64,000 nucleotides of DNA, taken from positions 2,048 to 66,047 of the forward strand of contig JAJZRQ010000003.1 in the NCBI GenBank assembly GCA_021802585.1, written 5' to 3'. A model generated the notes under the pieces. That model was given only the letters and a program-made list of their open reading frames with translations, was not told the origin of the DNA and did not search any database. Shown piece after piece: positions 44,004-54,089 of this stretch. The position numbers and the translations under genes are program-made. This DNA is from Chloroflexota bacterium (GTDB taxonomy: Bacteria; Chloroflexota; Limnocylindria; Limnocylindrales; CSP1-4). Each line of letters begins with the position of its first letter. Within the stretch, counting starts at the first letter, position 1.

Positions 44004-45106
44004 TGGGCCGGTTGCGCCTCCGGGGCCGCCTGCTCGCCAGCCACCTCCTCGTCGTGGTCGTCGGCACGATCACGCTCGTCGCGACGGTCGGCGTCGTCGC
44101 CCCCGGAGCGCTCGACATGGCGATGGGCCATGTCATGACCGACAGCATGAACGAGGCGATGGCCCCGGTCATCCGCCAGGCGTTTTCGAATGCCATCGTG
44201 TCGGCGCTTGTCGTCGCCGCCACGGTCGCCGGAGGGGCGGCGGTCATCGTGAGCGTGCTCGTGTCGTCGCGCCTGGCGCGTCGCGTGGCCCGGCTCGCGG
44301 CCGCCAGTCGCCGGATCGCCGACGGGCGCTATGCCGAGCGGGTCAGCGTCACCTCCGACGACGAGATCGGCGAGCTCGCCGCCTCGTTCAACCGGATGGC
44401 GGAATCGCTCGAATCCACGGAGCGACGGCGTCTCCAGCTCGTCGGCGACGTCGCTCACGAGCTCCGCACGCCGCTCGCCACGCTCGAGGGGTACCTCGAG
44501 GGCCTCCAGGACGGTGTGATCCGGGCATCGGAGCCGACGTGGGACCTCCTCCATGCGGAGACGGCGCGCCTGGCGCGGCTCGTGAACGACCTCCAGGAGC
44601 TGTGGCGGGCCGAGGCGCGCCAGGTCCCGTTGACGATCGCCGCCGTGGACGTCGAGGCGATGCTGGCCGCCGCAGTCGACCGGTTCAGCCCGAAGGCGGC
44701 GGAAGGCTCGGTGGACCTGCGCCTGGCGGTCTCGCCGGGCGTCCCGACCGTGCGTGCCGACGCCGACCGCCTGGCGCAGGTACTCGACAACCTCGTGAGC
44801 AACGCCCTCCGGTACGCCCCCGCCGGGAGCCGGGTGATCATCGGCGCGGGAGCTGCCGCCGACCGGATCCGCCTCTTCGTCGAGGACGAGGGTCCGGGCC
44901 TCACCGCGGAGCAGCGGGAGCGCGTCTTCGAGCGCTTCTATCGGGTCGACCCCTCGCGCTCGCGGGCGCTCGGCGGCTCGGGGATCGGACTGGCGATCGC
45001 CCGGGCCCTCGTCGACGCGATGGGCGGCCGGATCTGGGCGGAAAGCGAGGGGCCCGACCACGGGACGACGTTCGTCGTCGAGATGCCGCACTTCGTGCGC
45101 CGGTGA
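44000..45106 (+). CDS. Sensor histidine kinase (TCS-3, paralog of TCS-1 kinase)
   Basis: Same architecture and long identical stretches as 26103-27194 (for example STERRRLQLVGDVAHELRTPL, LVNDLxELWRAEARQ). The periplasmic loop is rich in Met/His (LDMAMGHVMTDSMNEAM). Confidence 0.9.
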   Translation: MMGRLRLRGRLLASHLLVVVVGTITLVATVGVVAPGALDMAMGHVMTDSMNEAMAPVIRQAFSNAIVSALVVAATVAGGAAVIVSVLVSSRLARRVARLAAASRRIADGRYAERVSVTSDDEIGELAASFNRMAESLESTERRRLQLVGDVAHELRTPLATLEGYLEGLQDGVIRASEPTWDLLHAETARLARLVNDLQELWRAEARQVPLTIAAVDVEAMLAAAVDRFSPKAAEGSVDLRLAVSPGVPTVRADADRLAQVLDNLVSNALRYAPAGSRVIIGAGAAADRIRLFVEDEGPGLTAEQRERVFERFYRVDPSRSRALGGSGIGLAIARALVDAMGGRIWAESEGPDHGTTFVVEMPHFVRR

Positions 45107-45327
45107 CCGCAGCCCTCCGGCCGCGTCGACTGGAGGTGCCGCCGAGGATGGAGCGAGATGCGTCGGGGCTGGGGGACGGGTCGCATGGTGGGCGCGAGAT
45201 CTCACGCGCGCCTCATCGACCGCTCAGAGTCACGCCCGACGCTTGCGGCATGGCAACGAGGCGCGCATCGCGCAGCCCGGCGCGACGGGCAGCCCGGTGG
45301 CCCGGGCGCCCGGACGAGGCGTGACCC

Positions 45328-46422
45328 GTGCTCCTCGCCCGTCGCAACCTCTTCCGGGACCGGACGCGGTTCCTCCTCAGCGTCCTCGGCGTCGCCGTCT
45401 CGGTCGGCCTCATCCTGCTCCTGGCCGGCTACCGAGCCGGCGTCTACCGGCAGGCCTCGGCGTACCTCGACAACGCTCCGGGGAGCGTCGTCGTCGCCGA
45501 GAAAGGAATCCGAGACTTCCTCGGCACGAGCTCGGTCCTCCCGGCCGGCTCCCTTGCTGCGATCCGGGCCGCGCCGGGTGTCGACCGCGTCGTCCCCGTC
45601 GTCTCGCAGTTCGTCATCTTCGAGCGTCACGGGCGCAAGGACGGCTTCTTCCTCATCGGCTATGACCCCGCGAGCGGCGGCGGGCCGTGGAGGCTCGTCG
45701 ACGGTCGCGAGCCCCGGGCCGATGACGAGCTCGTTCTCGACCGAACGACCGCCCGCCAGCACGACATCGCCATCGGCGACGAGGTGACCCTTCTCGACCG
45801 GCAGGCGACCGTCGTCGGGCTGGCGGACGACACGACGTTCTGGGCGGGGTCGATCGCCTTCGCCCGGATCACGACGCTCGAATCGCTGCTCCGGGCGCCG
45901 GGCCTGCGGAGCTTCCTCCTCGTGACCCCCGCCGGCGGCGTCAGCCCGGAAGCCCTCCGTGGCCAGCTCACCGTCCCGGGAGCAGACGTCCTCCTGAAGT
46001 CCGACGTCGTCGCCAACGACGCGAAGCTCCTGGCCCGGGTCTTCGACGCCCCGATCGGGCTCATGGTGGCGATCGCGTTCATCGTCGGCGTCCTCGTCGT
46101 CGGCCTCGTCATCTACACCGCGACGATCGAGCGGCGTCGCGAGTACGGCGCGGTGAAGGCGATCGGCGCCCGCAACCGGACCCTCTACCGAGTCGTGGCG
46201 ATCCAGGCCGTCATCGCGGCCATCGTCGGGGCGATGGCGGGGATCGGCCTCGCCATCGCCGCCGGCGCGGCGCTCATGTCGTGGCGCCCCCAGTTCCTCG
46301 TCGCGATCGAGCCGCCGGCGGTGGCGGCGGTGCTGGCGAGCAGCCTGCTCATGGCCCTCCTCGCGGCCCTGATCCCGGCCCGCTCGATCGCGAGGCTGGA
46401 GCCGGCCGAGGTGTTCCGATGA
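45328..46422 (+). CDS. ABC transporter permease, FtsX/MacB-like
   Basis: N-terminal TM helix, a large extracytoplasmic domain, then 3 C-terminal TM helices with ERRREYGAVKAIGARNRTLYRVV (FtsX-type motif). Confidence 0.85.
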   Translation: MLLARRNLFRDRTRFLLSVLGVAVSVGLILLLAGYRAGVYRQASAYLDNAPGSVVVAEKGIRDFLGTSSVLPAGSLAAIRAAPGVDRVVPVVSQFVIFERHGRKDGFFLIGYDPASGGGPWRLVDGREPRADDELVLDRTTARQHDIAIGDEVTLLDRQATVVGLADDTTFWAGSIAFARITTLESLLRAPGLRSFLLVTPAGGVSPEALRGQLTVPGADVLLKSDVVANDAKLLARVFDAPIGLMVAIAFIVGVLVVGLVIYTATIERRREYGAVKAIGARNRTLYRVVAIQAVIAAIVGAMAGIGLAIAAGAALMSWRPQFLVAIEPPAVAAVLASSLLMALLAALIPARSIARLEPAEVFR

Positions 46423-47552
46423 TGGGCGCAGGCGTGCTCCTGGCGCGCAGGAACCTCGGCCGGGATCGGGTCCGTCTCGCCGCGTCGGTCGGCGGCATCG
46501 CCCTGGCGCTCTCGCTGACGCTCGCGCTCGACGCGATCTACGCGGGGGTCGCGAACCAGCTGACGACGTACATCGAACGCAGCGGGGCCGATGTGTGGGT
46601 CGCGCAGGCGGGTGTCCGCAACCTCCACATGGTCGCCTCGGCCCTGCCAGCCTCGGTCGTCGACGCCGTCCGAGCCATCGACGGCGTGGCCACCATCACG
46701 CCGATCCTCGAGGCCACCGACACGATCGCCGCGGGCGAGGAGCGGGCCGTGGCCTATGTCATCGGGCTGCCTGCGGGCGCTGCGGCGGGCGGCCCGTGGG
46801 ACATCGCTGAGGGATCGGCGCAGGTCGGCCCGGGAGAGATCATCGTCGACCGCGGCTTCGCGCGAACGGCGGGGGTCGCCCTCGGCGGCACCGTCGAGGT
46901 GCTCGGCGGGCAGGCCCGGATCGTCGGCCTGTCGTCCGGCACGGCGAGCCTCGTCAACACGGTCGCCTTCGTCTCCTTCGGCGACTTCCGCGCGATGCGG
47001 GGGGGCGCGGCGGTCATCAGCTTCGCCCTGGTCACGGTCGCTCCCGGGGCATCCGCGGATGGCGTCGCGGCCGCCATCGAGCGCCGCGTCCCGGGCGTGA
47101 CCGCGCAGTCGCGTGCCGACTTCATGGCCCAGGAACGGCGGATCGTGACCGACATGAGTGCCGATGTCATCGCGATCATGAGCATCGTCGGCTTCGTCGT
47201 AGCGCTCGCCGTCGTGGCCCTCACCGTGTACGTGGCGACGCTCGCCCGACGGCGGGACTACGGAGTCCTCAAGGCGCTCGGTGCCCGCAACCGCGTGCTC
47301 TACCGCGTGGTCCTCGCCCAGGCGGCGATCAGCGTCGCCGCCGGCCTCGCGGTCGGTCTTGGGTTCACGGCGTCGCTCTCCATCCTCGTCGGCTGGACGG
47401 ACCTCGACCTCCAGCTTGCCATCACCGCCTCGTCGGTGGAGAAGGTCGCCGTGTTCGCGGCGGTCATCGCCGGCCTGGCAGCGATCCTGCCGATCCGCCA
47501 GATCGGCGGTGTCGACCCGGCGATCGTCTTCCGGAGGGGAGCCCCGGCATGA
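46419..47552 (+). CDS. ABC transporter permease, FtsX/MacB-like (second copy)
   Basis: Same architecture, with RRRDYGVLKALGARNRVLYRVV. ATGA overlap with the upstream gene and ATGA overlap with the ATPase gene. Confidence 0.85.
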   Translation: MMGAGVLLARRNLGRDRVRLAASVGGIALALSLTLALDAIYAGVANQLTTYIERSGADVWVAQAGVRNLHMVASALPASVVDAVRAIDGVATITPILEATDTIAAGEERAVAYVIGLPAGAAAGGPWDIAEGSAQVGPGEIIVDRGFARTAGVALGGTVEVLGGQARIVGLSSGTASLVNTVAFVSFGDFRAMRGGAAVISFALVTVAPGASADGVAAAIERRVPGVTAQSRADFMAQERRIVTDMSADVIAIMSIVGFVVALAVVALTVYVATLARRRDYGVLKALGARNRVLYRVVLAQAAISVAAGLAVGLGFTASLSILVGWTDLDLQLAITASSVEKVAVFAAVIAGLAAILPIRQIGGVDPAIVFRRGAPA

Positions 47553-48418
47553 CCGAACTCACCCTCGATGTTCGCGACATCAGCAAGCGGTTCGGGGACG
47601 GCGAGACCGGTGTCCTCGCCGTCCGCGACGTCAGCCTCGCGATCGAACCCGGCGAGATCGTCCTCATCATGGGCCCGTCCGGATCCGGCAAGACAACCCT
47701 CCTGTCGATGATGGGCGCGCTGCTCAGGCCGACGAGCGGCTCGATCCACCTCGACGGCATGCCCATCTCCATGATGTCCGAGGATCGCCTGCCGGACATC
47801 CGGCTGCGCCAGATCGGGTTCATCTTCCAGGACTTCAACCTCCTGTCGGCGCTGACGACCCTCGAGAACGTCTCGGTGGTGGCGGAGCTCGCCGGCGTGA
47901 AGGGGCGCGCCGCTCGCGGCCGGGCCCAGGCACTCCTGTCCGACCTCGGGCTCGGCGAGCGTCTCGACTTCCTGCCCGAGAAGTTGTCCGGTGGCGAGAA
48001 GCAGCGCGTGGCGATCGCGCGGGCCCTGGTCAACGACCCGCCCCTCATCCTCGCCGACGAGCCGACGGCCAATCTCGACTCGAAGATCGGCCACGAGATC
48101 ATGCGGCTCCTCCGGGCGGTGGCGAAGCAGGAGGGTCGCAGTGTCGTCATCGTCAGCCACGACGAGCGGATCCGCGACATCGCGGACCGGGTCCTGTGGC
48201 TCGAGGACGGCGCCCTCCGGGACATCGTCACGATGGCGACCGATCCCGTGTGCGGCATGGCGATCGAGCGCGAGCGGGCGGTGAGCGCCGCGCGAGACGG
48301 CGAGACCTGGTACTTCTGCTCGCGGGGCTGCCGGGCAGAGTACCTTGGGGGCCCGACGGCCGAGGCCGTGATCGAGGGTCCTGCCGGGGACAGGCAGGCT
48401 GCCGACCGGGAGCGGTGA
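47549..48418 (+). CDS. ABC transporter ATP-binding protein with C-terminal YHS/TRASH domain fusion
   Basis: Walker A GPSGSGKTT, signature LSGGEKQR, Walker B LILADEPT. After about residue 225 comes TDPVCGMAIERERAVSAARDGETWYFCSRGCRAEY, a YHS pattern. Confidence 0.85.
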   Translation: MTELTLDVRDISKRFGDGETGVLAVRDVSLAIEPGEIVLIMGPSGSGKTTLLSMMGALLRPTSGSIHLDGMPISMMSEDRLPDIRLRQIGFIFQDFNLLSALTTLENVSVVAELAGVKGRAARGRAQALLSDLGLGERLDFLPEKLSGGEKQRVAIARALVNDPPLILADEPTANLDSKIGHEIMRLLRAVAKQEGRSVVIVSHDERIRDIADRVLWLEDGALRDIVTMATDPVCGMAIERERAVSAARDGETWYFCSRGCRAEYLGGPTAEAVIEGPAGDRQAADRER

Positions 48419-48584
48419 CCGCGGGCCGCGCCGGGGCCGCTTCGGCGCGGAGTGGGATGCCTGTGCCGCCCGCACGGCACGCTTCCTGCCCCGGCCCGGC
48501 GCCCGACCGGCCGTCACGCCACCCTGAACGAGCCCGGACAGGATCCTGGCGGACGTACGGCAGTGCAGTCGATCACATGTCGAC

Positions 48585-49341
48585 ATGCCCCGGCCAGGGC
48601 GTCATGATGACGGCCTCTCGTACGACGGGGATGTAGTATCCCGCAGATCGTGCACGAGCGAGGGAGGGGCGAGGGAGCGCGGAACAACCAATCGACGGTT
48701 CTTGGGAGGGACGGTCGCGCTCCTGCTGGCGGTTGTGTCCCCCGGTCCCGCCGCGGCTGCCGATACGATCCCGCCCTCCTCGGCTGGGCGTGGCCGGCGG
48801 GCACCACGGGCACCTGGCGCTTCGGGTCGTTTGCGACGACGAGCTGGATGCGGACGGCGGCGACGAACGCGGTGAACACGATCAGCCACTCGCCCTACCG
48901 CAGCCCGGACTTCGAGCACGCCACGGGCTCGAGCGCGAACGTCACCGTCGAATACGTGAGTGGTCAGACCTCTTGCGCTGGCAAGACTGGCTGGGTGGGC
49001 TGCGCCACGACGACGCTGTAAACCCATTCACGACCTGGTGGGTGTGGCTGGCCAGCAACCGCTGCTGGACGAACGGGTCCGGCGGGCGGACCTGCGGCTC
49101 GGACACCGGTGCCTACGACGTCCAGACCGTGACCCTCAACGAGATGGGGCACGTGAACATCCTCGGCCACCACGTGAACCCGGCCTACTCGGACGCCGTC
49201 GTCCAGGCAGCGCCGGTCAGCTATCCGAGCACGGACTGGCAGATGCGCACCCTCCGTTGGGCGGACACCGGGCGCCTCAACCTCCTCTACGGACGCGATC
49301 CCTGCACGACCCCGCCGTGCCCGCTGGGAGCCGGCTCATGA
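48585..49341 (+). pseudogene. Secreted snapalysin/matrixin-like metalloprotease, apparently disrupted by frameshifts
   Basis: Natural-looking coding sequence is split over three frames. First, a Tat-like signal TNRRFLGGTVALLLAVVSPGPAAAAD (frame of 48585). Second, a mid part ...GTTGTWRFGSFATTSWMRTAATNAVNTISHSPY...CAGKTGWVGCATTT ending at 49021 (frame of 48650). Third, a C-terminal part NPFTTWWVWLASNRCW...VTLNEMGHVNILGHH...LLYG ending at 49341 (frame of 48733). The zinc motif reads NExxH rather than HExxH. Confidence 0.5.
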
Positions 49342-49724
49342 ACCGCACGTCGCTCGCCCTCGCCGGCAGCCTCACGCTCGTGCTCGTGCTCGCCGCCTGT
49401 GGCTCTTCGGGTGCCGACCGAGGGGCCCCGGGTGCCCCGGCCGCGCCAGCACCGGCCACCACCACCGCTCCGGCATCGCCGACCCCGGCGGTCCGCACGT
49501 GGGGCGGCTTTGCCGTCTCGATCCCGTACGGCTCCTTCGCCGAGTGGGCACGCGATCTTCTGCGCCAGGGCGGCGGGGTCGCCCTCGTGCGGATCGTCGA
49601 CGTCTCCCCCGTCCGCTGGAGCACGGCGTCCGGCAGGGGCCCAGGTGCGGCTGACATCGCCCGCTACAACCGGGGCGAGGTCGACAACGACCTGACGCCC
49701 TCCTTCGACCCAGCGCCGGGTTGA
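49338..49724 (+). CDS. Lipoprotein, unknown function
   Basis: Signal peptide with lipobox MNRTSLALAGSLTLVLVLAAC|GSS. The ATG overlaps the preceding stop (ATGA). Confidence 0.6.
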   Translation: MNRTSLALAGSLTLVLVLAACGSSGADRGAPGAPAAPAPATTTAPASPTPAVRTWGGFAVSIPYGSFAEWARDLLRQGGGVALVRIVDVSPVRWSTASGRGPGAADIARYNRGEVDNDLTPSFDPAPG

Positions 49725-49878
49725 CCGAGCCACAGCCGGTCTTCTCGTGGCCGCGGACCCGCCACCTGGCGCGCGTCCCTTGACGTGAACTTGAGCCAGC
49801 CAGTCCCGGGGCCTTCACGCCCGCCTCCTACCGTGAACCCCGTCAACTTGCTGCGACAACCACCGGAGGTACCTCGCG

Positions 49879-50100
49879 ATGATGGCTGGATGGGGCTGGG
49901 GCATGGGCCTCGGCGGATGGCTGTGGATGATCATCGGCGTGATCGCGCTCGTGGCGATCGTCTGGGCGATCGCGTCCGCGGGCTCGAGCCGCGATCGTTC
50001 TGCAGTGAACGACGCCGCCGAGGCACTCCGGCTCCGGTTCGCCCGCGGCGAGATCACGGAAGCGGAATACCAGCAGGCGCGTCGCCTGCTCGGCGTCTAG
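49879..50100 (+). CDS. SHOCT-domain small membrane protein (paralog of 27435-27665)
   Basis: MMAGWGWGMGLGGWLWMIIGVIALVAIVWAI followed by LRLRFARGEITEAEYQQARRLL. Confidence 0.75.
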   Translation: MMAGWGWGMGLGGWLWMIIGVIALVAIVWAIASAGSSRDRSAVNDAAEALRLRFARGEITEAEYQQARRLLGV

Positions 50101-50145
50101 GCCCGGCCCGCTCCCTCGGGCCGGCGACAGGAGAAAGGACCCACC

Positions 50146-50484
50146 ATGACCTCGAAGCGCACCCGGCTCCTTGCCGGCATGATCCTCGGCGGCTCCCTGC
50201 TGCTCGGCAGCACGGGCCTCGTCCTCGCCCAGGGCCCCACGGCCACGCCCACGGCCACGCCGCCGGCTCCCGCCGGAGATCCCGGCGGGATGATGAACGG
50301 CCAGGCCGGCGGGATGATGAACGGCCAGGCCGGCGGGATGATGAACGGCCAGGCCGGCGGGATGATGAACGGCCAGGCCATGGACACCAAGGGAATGGCG
50401 ACCGCGCACGCCGCGATGCAGCAGGCCGGGGCATGCAGCCGGACGCTCATGAATTCGGTCCGCGGCGGGACCCCGGGCCGCTGA
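50146..50484 (+). CDS. Secreted Met-rich repeat protein (putative Cu(I)-binding)
   Basis: Signal peptide, then GGMMNGQA x4, then MDTKGMATAHAAMQQAGAC. AGGAGAAAGGA lies upstream of the ATG. Confidence 0.7.
   Translation: MTSKRTRLLAGMILGGSLLLGSTGLVLAQGPTATPTATPPAPAGDPGGMMNGQAGGMMNGQAGGMMNGQAGGMMNGQAMDTKGMATAHAAMQQAGACSRTLMNSVRGGTPGR
50284..50379. repeat. Perfect 24-bp tandem repeat x4 (encodes GGMMNGQA)
   Basis: ggcgggatgatgaacggccaggcc is repeated four times without mismatch. Confidence 0.9.
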
Positions 50485-50491
50485 CCACACG

Positions 50492-50528
50492 CGACGACCC
50501 CGGCCCGGGTCCCGGGCCGGGGTCGTCG
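50492..50528 (+). terminator. Strong GC hairpin after the Met-rich protein gene
   Basis: cgacgaccccggcccgg-gtc-ccgggccggggtcgtcg is a 17-bp perfect stem, followed by gctgttctc. Confidence 0.6.
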
Positions 50529-50573
50529 GCTGTTCTCACGCGTCGCTCAGCAGCGTCTCAGCCGGAGCCCCGA

Positions 50574-51044
50574 ATGTCGTCGCCCATGAAGGCCGTTCTC
50601 CGCGGTGTCCTCCCGCTGGCGCTGGCCGTCGTCGTCGGAGGCTGCGCCGGCGCCGCTCCCGCGGCTCCGCCTCCCACCTCGAACCTCACCTCGCCGGCCC
50701 CCTCGGCGGCGGCCACGACCCAGCGCGACGATGCCGGGGCGGTCACGATCGAGGCGGCATGGCGCGGCGCGAGCACGGGTGCCGTCTTCGACCTCGCCCT
50801 CGACACGCACTCGGTCGATCTCGATGCGCTCGACCTTGCCGACGCCACGCTCCGGAACGACCGGGGGGATGTCCTCGACGCGGAGCCGTGGCAGGCCCCG
50901 AAGGGAGGTCACCACCGTGAGGGTACGCTGACATTCGCCGGCGATGCCGCAGGCTTCTTCGCCGGAGCTCGCTGGTTCGAGCTCGTCCTCGTCGGCCTCG
51001 GCGACACGCCCCAGCGTGTGCTCCGCTGGACGCCCGTCCCGTGA
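50574..51044 (+). CDS. Lipoprotein, unknown function (possible metal-related beta-sandwich)
   Basis: Lipobox LALAVVVGGC|AG. The mature part is AVTIEAAWRGASTGAVFDLALDTHSVDLD...EPWQAPKGGHHREGTLTF. The stop overlaps the next gene's start. Confidence 0.6.
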   Translation: MSSPMKAVLRGVLPLALAVVVGGCAGAAPAAPPPTSNLTSPAPSAAATTQRDDAGAVTIEAAWRGASTGAVFDLALDTHSVDLDALDLADATLRNDRGDVLDAEPWQAPKGGHHREGTLTFAGDAAGFFAGARWFELVLVGLGDTPQRVLRWTPVP

Positions 51045-51547
51045 CCGCGATCGTTCGACCCCGGCTACGACCGGCCGGCCTCGCCGGTCGGTCCGTCGCC
51101 ATCGGCGTCATCGCGTCGGCGGGCCTCCTCGGCACCTACCTCCTCATCATCACCCTCGCCCAGGGATCCGGCCACGCCGTCGAGCAGCTGGCCACCGACG
51201 CCCCGTTCGTGATCCTCGTCACCCTCGGCTTCGGCACGCAGGTCGCCCTGTTCACCGAGCTCCGTTCCGTCGACCGGCGTCATCGGGCGGCCGTCGCGGT
51301 CACGGCCGCTGGAACGGGGACGTCCGCGGCCGCCATGCTCGCCTGCTGCGCGCATCACCTTGTCGACCTCCTGCCGCTGTTGGGGCTCTCGGCCGCCGCG
51401 GTCTTCCTCGACGCCTGGAAGACGCCGCTCCTCCTCGCCGGGATCGGCATGAACGCGCTCGGGATCGTCGCCATCGCCCGCCAGCTCGCGGCTGCGCGAC
51501 GCGCGTGCGCGATCGTCGACGGGGCGACATTCGAGAGCGGGGGCTGA
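51041..51547 (+). CDS. Four-TM membrane protein with intramembrane CC-x-HH motif, unknown function
   Basis: Hydrophobic profile. TSAAAMLACCAHHLVDLLPLLG lies within a predicted helix. The GTG start overlaps the upstream stop. Confidence 0.55.
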   Translation: MTAIVRPRLRPAGLAGRSVAIGVIASAGLLGTYLLIITLAQGSGHAVEQLATDAPFVILVTLGFGTQVALFTELRSVDRRHRAAVAVTAAGTGTSAAAMLACCAHHLVDLLPLLGLSAAAVFLDAWKTPLLLAGIGMNALGIVAIARQLAAARRACAIVDGATFESGG

Positions 51548-51845
51548 TCCTGTGCGCGCCGGCGACGCCCCGCGTCCTCTGGCGTGCCCGACGGTCGGGC
51601 GCGCCGCGCCGCGACGGGTCACGGTCCGACCGCTTGCAGCCGTCGCTGCCTCCTGCACCTGTCCGAGGCCCCGGCCCGCCTGACCGCGGGCGGGGCACGC
51701 TCCGAATCCTCGGATCTGCCCGCACGGCCGCATCGGATGCGCCCGGTCGGGCCCGAGCGTCTGCGCTCCACAGGCGCCGCGATCGCGCAGGACCCGGGTC
51801 TCACCGGGGTCCACGCGGTCGCGCCAGGACGCGGAGGACATCCTC

Positions 51846-53336
<1,491 letters not shown>

Positions 53337-53416
53337 GCTGGGGAACGCGGCTCCTTCTCAGCGGCGACGCAGGGACGGCTCATCGCGCTCTCAGGTGGGC
53401 GCGGTGGAATCCAGCC

Positions 53417-53716
53417 ATGTCGATGCCAGACGCCATGCCGACCCCGCCCTCGAACCTCGGCCGCGCGGACGCTGGAGGTCGCTCCCCCTGGCGCCTCGAC
53501 GGTCGGGCGACGGGAGTCCTCCGCGATGCGCTCGCGATCCTCGCCGCCGAGATGCACGAGGCCGTGGCGCGGCGCCGGGTCGCGGCGCCCGAGACGGAGG
53601 CGTATCGGAACGCGGACGAGCGCGTCGCCTACCTGGTGGACCTGTTCCGGCAGCTCCAGGACCGCATGGTGATCCCCGCCGAGGTCTGGCACCTGCGCCG
53701 GGAGCTCGCCCAGTGA
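53417..53716 (+). CDS. Hypothetical small protein
   Basis: The helical C-terminal half has natural composition (LRDALAILAAEMHEAVARRR...VAYLVDLFRQLQDRMVIPAEVWHLRRELAQ). The stop overlaps the next ATG (TGATG). The start is uncertain. Confidence 0.35.
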   Translation: MSMPDAMPTPPSNLGRADAGGRSPWRLDGRATGVLRDALAILAAEMHEAVARRRVAAPETEAYRNADERVAYLVDLFRQLQDRMVIPAEVWHLRRELAQ

Positions 53717-53973
53717 TGGCGTCGACGGACGCCGAGGCTCACCGCCCGCTCCGACGGCACATCCGCGTGCCAGTCGGCGGGATCGCGTGCAGCAGCGACG
53801 CCGTCGCGCTCGAACGGGCGCTCTCCGCGGTCGCGGGCGTGTTCGCGGCGTATGTCAACACGGCAACGGACACCGCGTACGTGGCCTACGACCCGGGCCA
53901 GGTCGATGGGGACGCACTCGCTGCGGCCGTCACCGCGGCCGGGTATCGAGCGGGGCGCCCCGTGCCCTCGTGA
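53716..53973 (+). CDS. HMA-fold protein with degenerate metal-binding loop
   Basis: IRVPVGGIACSSDAVALERALSAVAGVFAAYVNTATDTAYVAYDPGQVDGDALAAAVTAAGY follows the ferredoxin-like HMA pattern, but GMxCxxC is replaced by GIACSSD (a single Cys). Confidence 0.55.
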   Translation: MASTDAEAHRPLRRHIRVPVGGIACSSDAVALERALSAVAGVFAAYVNTATDTAYVAYDPGQVDGDALAAAVTAAGYRAGRPVPS

Positions 53974-54089
53974 GCCGACGTCCGGCCCGGCTCCGCGCGT
54001 CATTCGAGGCGCGACAGGCCGGTCCTGCGCTGATGACCGGGCGCGGCATGTCGGCCGCCTCCGAGAAGGACCCAGAAAGGAACGTGGAC

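Noticed and set aside
51548-51845. SAM or other riboswitch upstream of the cystathionine beta-synthase gene
   Set aside because: The ~300-bp leader is long, but I could not recognise SAM-I, SAM-II or SAM-IV core motifs or convincing pairings by eye. It needs an Infernal/Rfam scan before any claim.
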